Source of the DNA: Eubacteriales bacterium
Lineage (GTDB): Bacteria; Bacillota; Clostridia; Oscillospirales; CAG-272
Length of the DNA stretch: 64,000 bases
Assembly (NCBI GenBank): GCA_045656325.1
Contig: JAZOQX010000135.1
Span: 16 to 64,015, forward strand
Reading direction: 5' to 3'
Below the pieces are notes generated by a model. That model saw only the letters and a program-made list of their open reading frames with translations. It was not told the origin of the DNA and searched no databases. The translations under genes were made by a program, and so were the position numbers. Position 1 is the first letter of the stretch. Every line of letters begins with the position of its first letter. Shown here one piece after another: positions 62,702 through 64,000 of the stretch.

Positions 62702-62905
62702 ATGAAATCTCTGGAATATGATCCAATAATTATTCAAGAATGCTGTTATAGCTATGCAAATGGAATTCCTGCAAAACAAATATGCGAAGAGAAAGGCATT
62801 TCCCGCAGTACGCTATATTACTGGCTAAAAAAGTACAGCCACATTGATTCCAAGGAAGATATTGAATTGACTTCTCCCGATTGTTATTTTGCTCGTTTGT
62901 TATAA
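62702..62905 (+). CDS. Small helix-turn-helix protein (IS3-type transposase OrfA-like HTH)
   Basis: The protein is 67 aa. The segment GIPAKQICEEKGISRSTLYYWLKKY is the typical HTH of transposase OrfA and resolvase-like proteins. No transposase catalytic ORF follows. The gene is AT-rich. Confidence 0.6.
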   Translation: MKSLEYDPIIIQECCYSYANGIPAKQICEEKGISRSTLYYWLKKYSHIDSKEDIELTSPDCYFARLL

Positions 62906-63007
62906 CATATTTTTCCTCGCTTGCAATAATGATTATTGATAATGTCGGGAAAATCGTACAGGATTTTTCGACAAAAAGCGGCAGGCTTTTCAGCCCACCG
63001 CTTTATC

Positions 63008-64000
63008 TTATCCTGCGGATATATCATCCATTATACTTTTCTCACCATCGAAATAAACGATGGCGGTCATTCCATAGTGAACGTTTCCGTAAATATCAAT
63101 GACATACTGAATGTACTGGTAGTATCCCACGTCAACCTTTTTAATGGAAAATTCCACGTCCTCGCCCCATATTAGCGTTCCTTCCTCGTAGTAGAGTTGA
63201 CCATCTTCGGGGACGGGATCTTCGTATATAACCGTAATTTCCGTTCCCTCGGTCAATTCGTGTACACGTGAGGTGAGGTCGCCCTCTATCACATATCCCT
63301 CAACCGTGATGGTTTGCGTTGGCTTGAAATAGGTGAATAGGAGTTGGCAAATTTCACCGTCTATTTTCACGATAGCCGAGAAAACTGCGTGTGATTCCTT
63401 CGCTTCATATATGTTCGTATGAAGAAGAATATCGTTCACGAAAATCCAATTTCCTTCAAAGTTAACGGTATAAACGCCGTTTTCGTAGGATATATCGTTA
63501 TCCGTACCTACACAATAGAGCTTTTGCGTTTCCTCGCTGCCTGCAAAGCTATGTAGCTCGTAGCCAACCGATTGCACGTATTTTTGAGAAAACTCCGTCA
63601 GAGTAAAGGACAGACAACCGTTGTTATTGTATCCGCTATTATCAAACACAATCGGATCTAACGGTCTATAATTGAAGTAATCGACCAAGAACTGCATATA
63701 GAGTTCATTTTGGCAGATAGCGCGGTATTCCTCGATCAGCTTCTCTTGCTCGGTTGGGAAATAGAGGCTCATTCCCGTTGCATCCTCGTGAGCCGTGCCG
63801 TTGACGGTTGTAATAAAGCCGTCAAAATTGTACTCGATTTCAAAGGCTTCTGCCATTAAGCCGAGGTCAAAAAGGTTGCTACCGCTACCGCCTGTGCCTT
63901 TTGAGCCAAACTCCTTGCCCTCGGACAAGGCTTTACCAACGCATCCCACATTATAGTGTATTTGCTGTGTAATCACGGCAACCACGTCGTCCGCTTTTAC
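63008..64000 (-). CDS. Hypothetical protein, N-terminus beyond the window end
   Basis: The frame stays open upstream of the track's GTG at 63985 through position 64000 (…VKADD-VVAVITQQ…), so the gene is partial. It is AT-rich and Tyr/Asn/Glu-rich. I recognise no family. Confidence 0.6.
   Translation of the reverse strand, partial: VKADDVVAVITQQIHYNVGCVGKALSEGKEFGSKGTGGSGSNLFDLGLMAEAFEIEYNFDGFITTVNGTAHEDATGMSLYFPTEQEKLIEEYRAICQNELYMQFLVDYFNYRPLDPIVFDNSGYNNNGCLSFTLTEFSQKYVQSVGYELHSFAGSEETQKLYCVGTDNDISYENGVYTVNFEGNWIFVNDILLHTNIYEAKESHAVFSAIVKIDGEICQLLFTYFKPTQTITVEGYVIEGDLTSRVHELTEGTEITVIYEDPVPEDGQLYYEEGTLIWGEDVEFSIKKVDVGYYQYIQYVIDIYGNVHYGMTAIVYFDGEKSIMDDISAG

Noticed and set aside
63008-64000. 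Clostripain (C11) similarity suggested by ...SNLFDLGLMAEAFE...
   Set aside because: It only superficially resembles the FDACLM catalytic-Cys motif. The Cys is absent and the surrounding sequence does not follow the C11 pattern. The ORF was left as hypothetical.
1-64000. CRISPR arrays, rRNA genes, additional tRNAs, and large tandem or inverted repeats
   Set aside because: Visual scanning found no regularly spaced direct repeats, no rRNA-like conserved blocks and no further cloverleaf-compatible TTCGAAT/TTCAAAT T-loop contexts. A computational scan with tRNAscan-SE, Infernal and a CRISPR finder is still advisable.

Overview
This is a 64-kb chromosomal window from a high-GC Clostridia-type Firmicute. 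That assignment is inferred only from gene content and order, GGAGG Shine-Dalgarno sites, near-consensus sigma-70 promoters and the rnfCDGEAB layout. No search was run, and all family calls are motif recognition by eye. About 60 protein genes and one tRNA are supportable. No rRNA or CRISPR array is present.

Main blocks, left to right:
- A secreted repeat protein that runs off the left edge. It is missing from the supplied track, where only its antisense shadows appear.
- A five-gene acyl-CoA operon: 3-hydroxyacyl-CoA dehydrogenase, two family III CoA-transferase paralogues, a thiolase and an SDR.
- A ThuA/Gfo-Idh-MocA pair with a divergent AraC regulator.
- tRNA-Ser(GCU), whose 3' end is perfectly duplicated 229 bp away.
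- rarA and serS, then the origin-proximal partition cluster mnmG-rsmG-ParB paralogue-soj-(mini ORF)-spo0J with three parS sites.
- prfB, which has no programmed frameshift.
- A roughly 3-kb AT-rich island encoding a secreted HExxH-x18-E metallopeptidase-like protein and a lipoprotein.
- comM, three tandem M42 peptidases, an MBOAT and a CDF transporter.
- purC, then a DUF3006-like mini-gene coupled to a cation/H+ antiporter.
- A complete rnfCDGEAB operon followed by NusG_II/Gx/ApbE.
- A beta-CASP nuclease, a MATE exporter, an AAC(3)-family gene and SGNH esterases.
- A second AT-rich segment at the right edge.

The most interesting items are:
- the stand-alone ParB-N-terminal-like mini ORF between soj and spo0J;
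- the AT-rich protease/lipoprotein island, with an orphan promoter-terminator unit and a 5-codon leader ORF upstream;
- the att-like tRNA-Ser duplication and a related family of structured intergenic repeats;
- the hydratase-less CoA-transferase/thiolase operon.

Nothing here amounts to a clearly novel multi-gene system.
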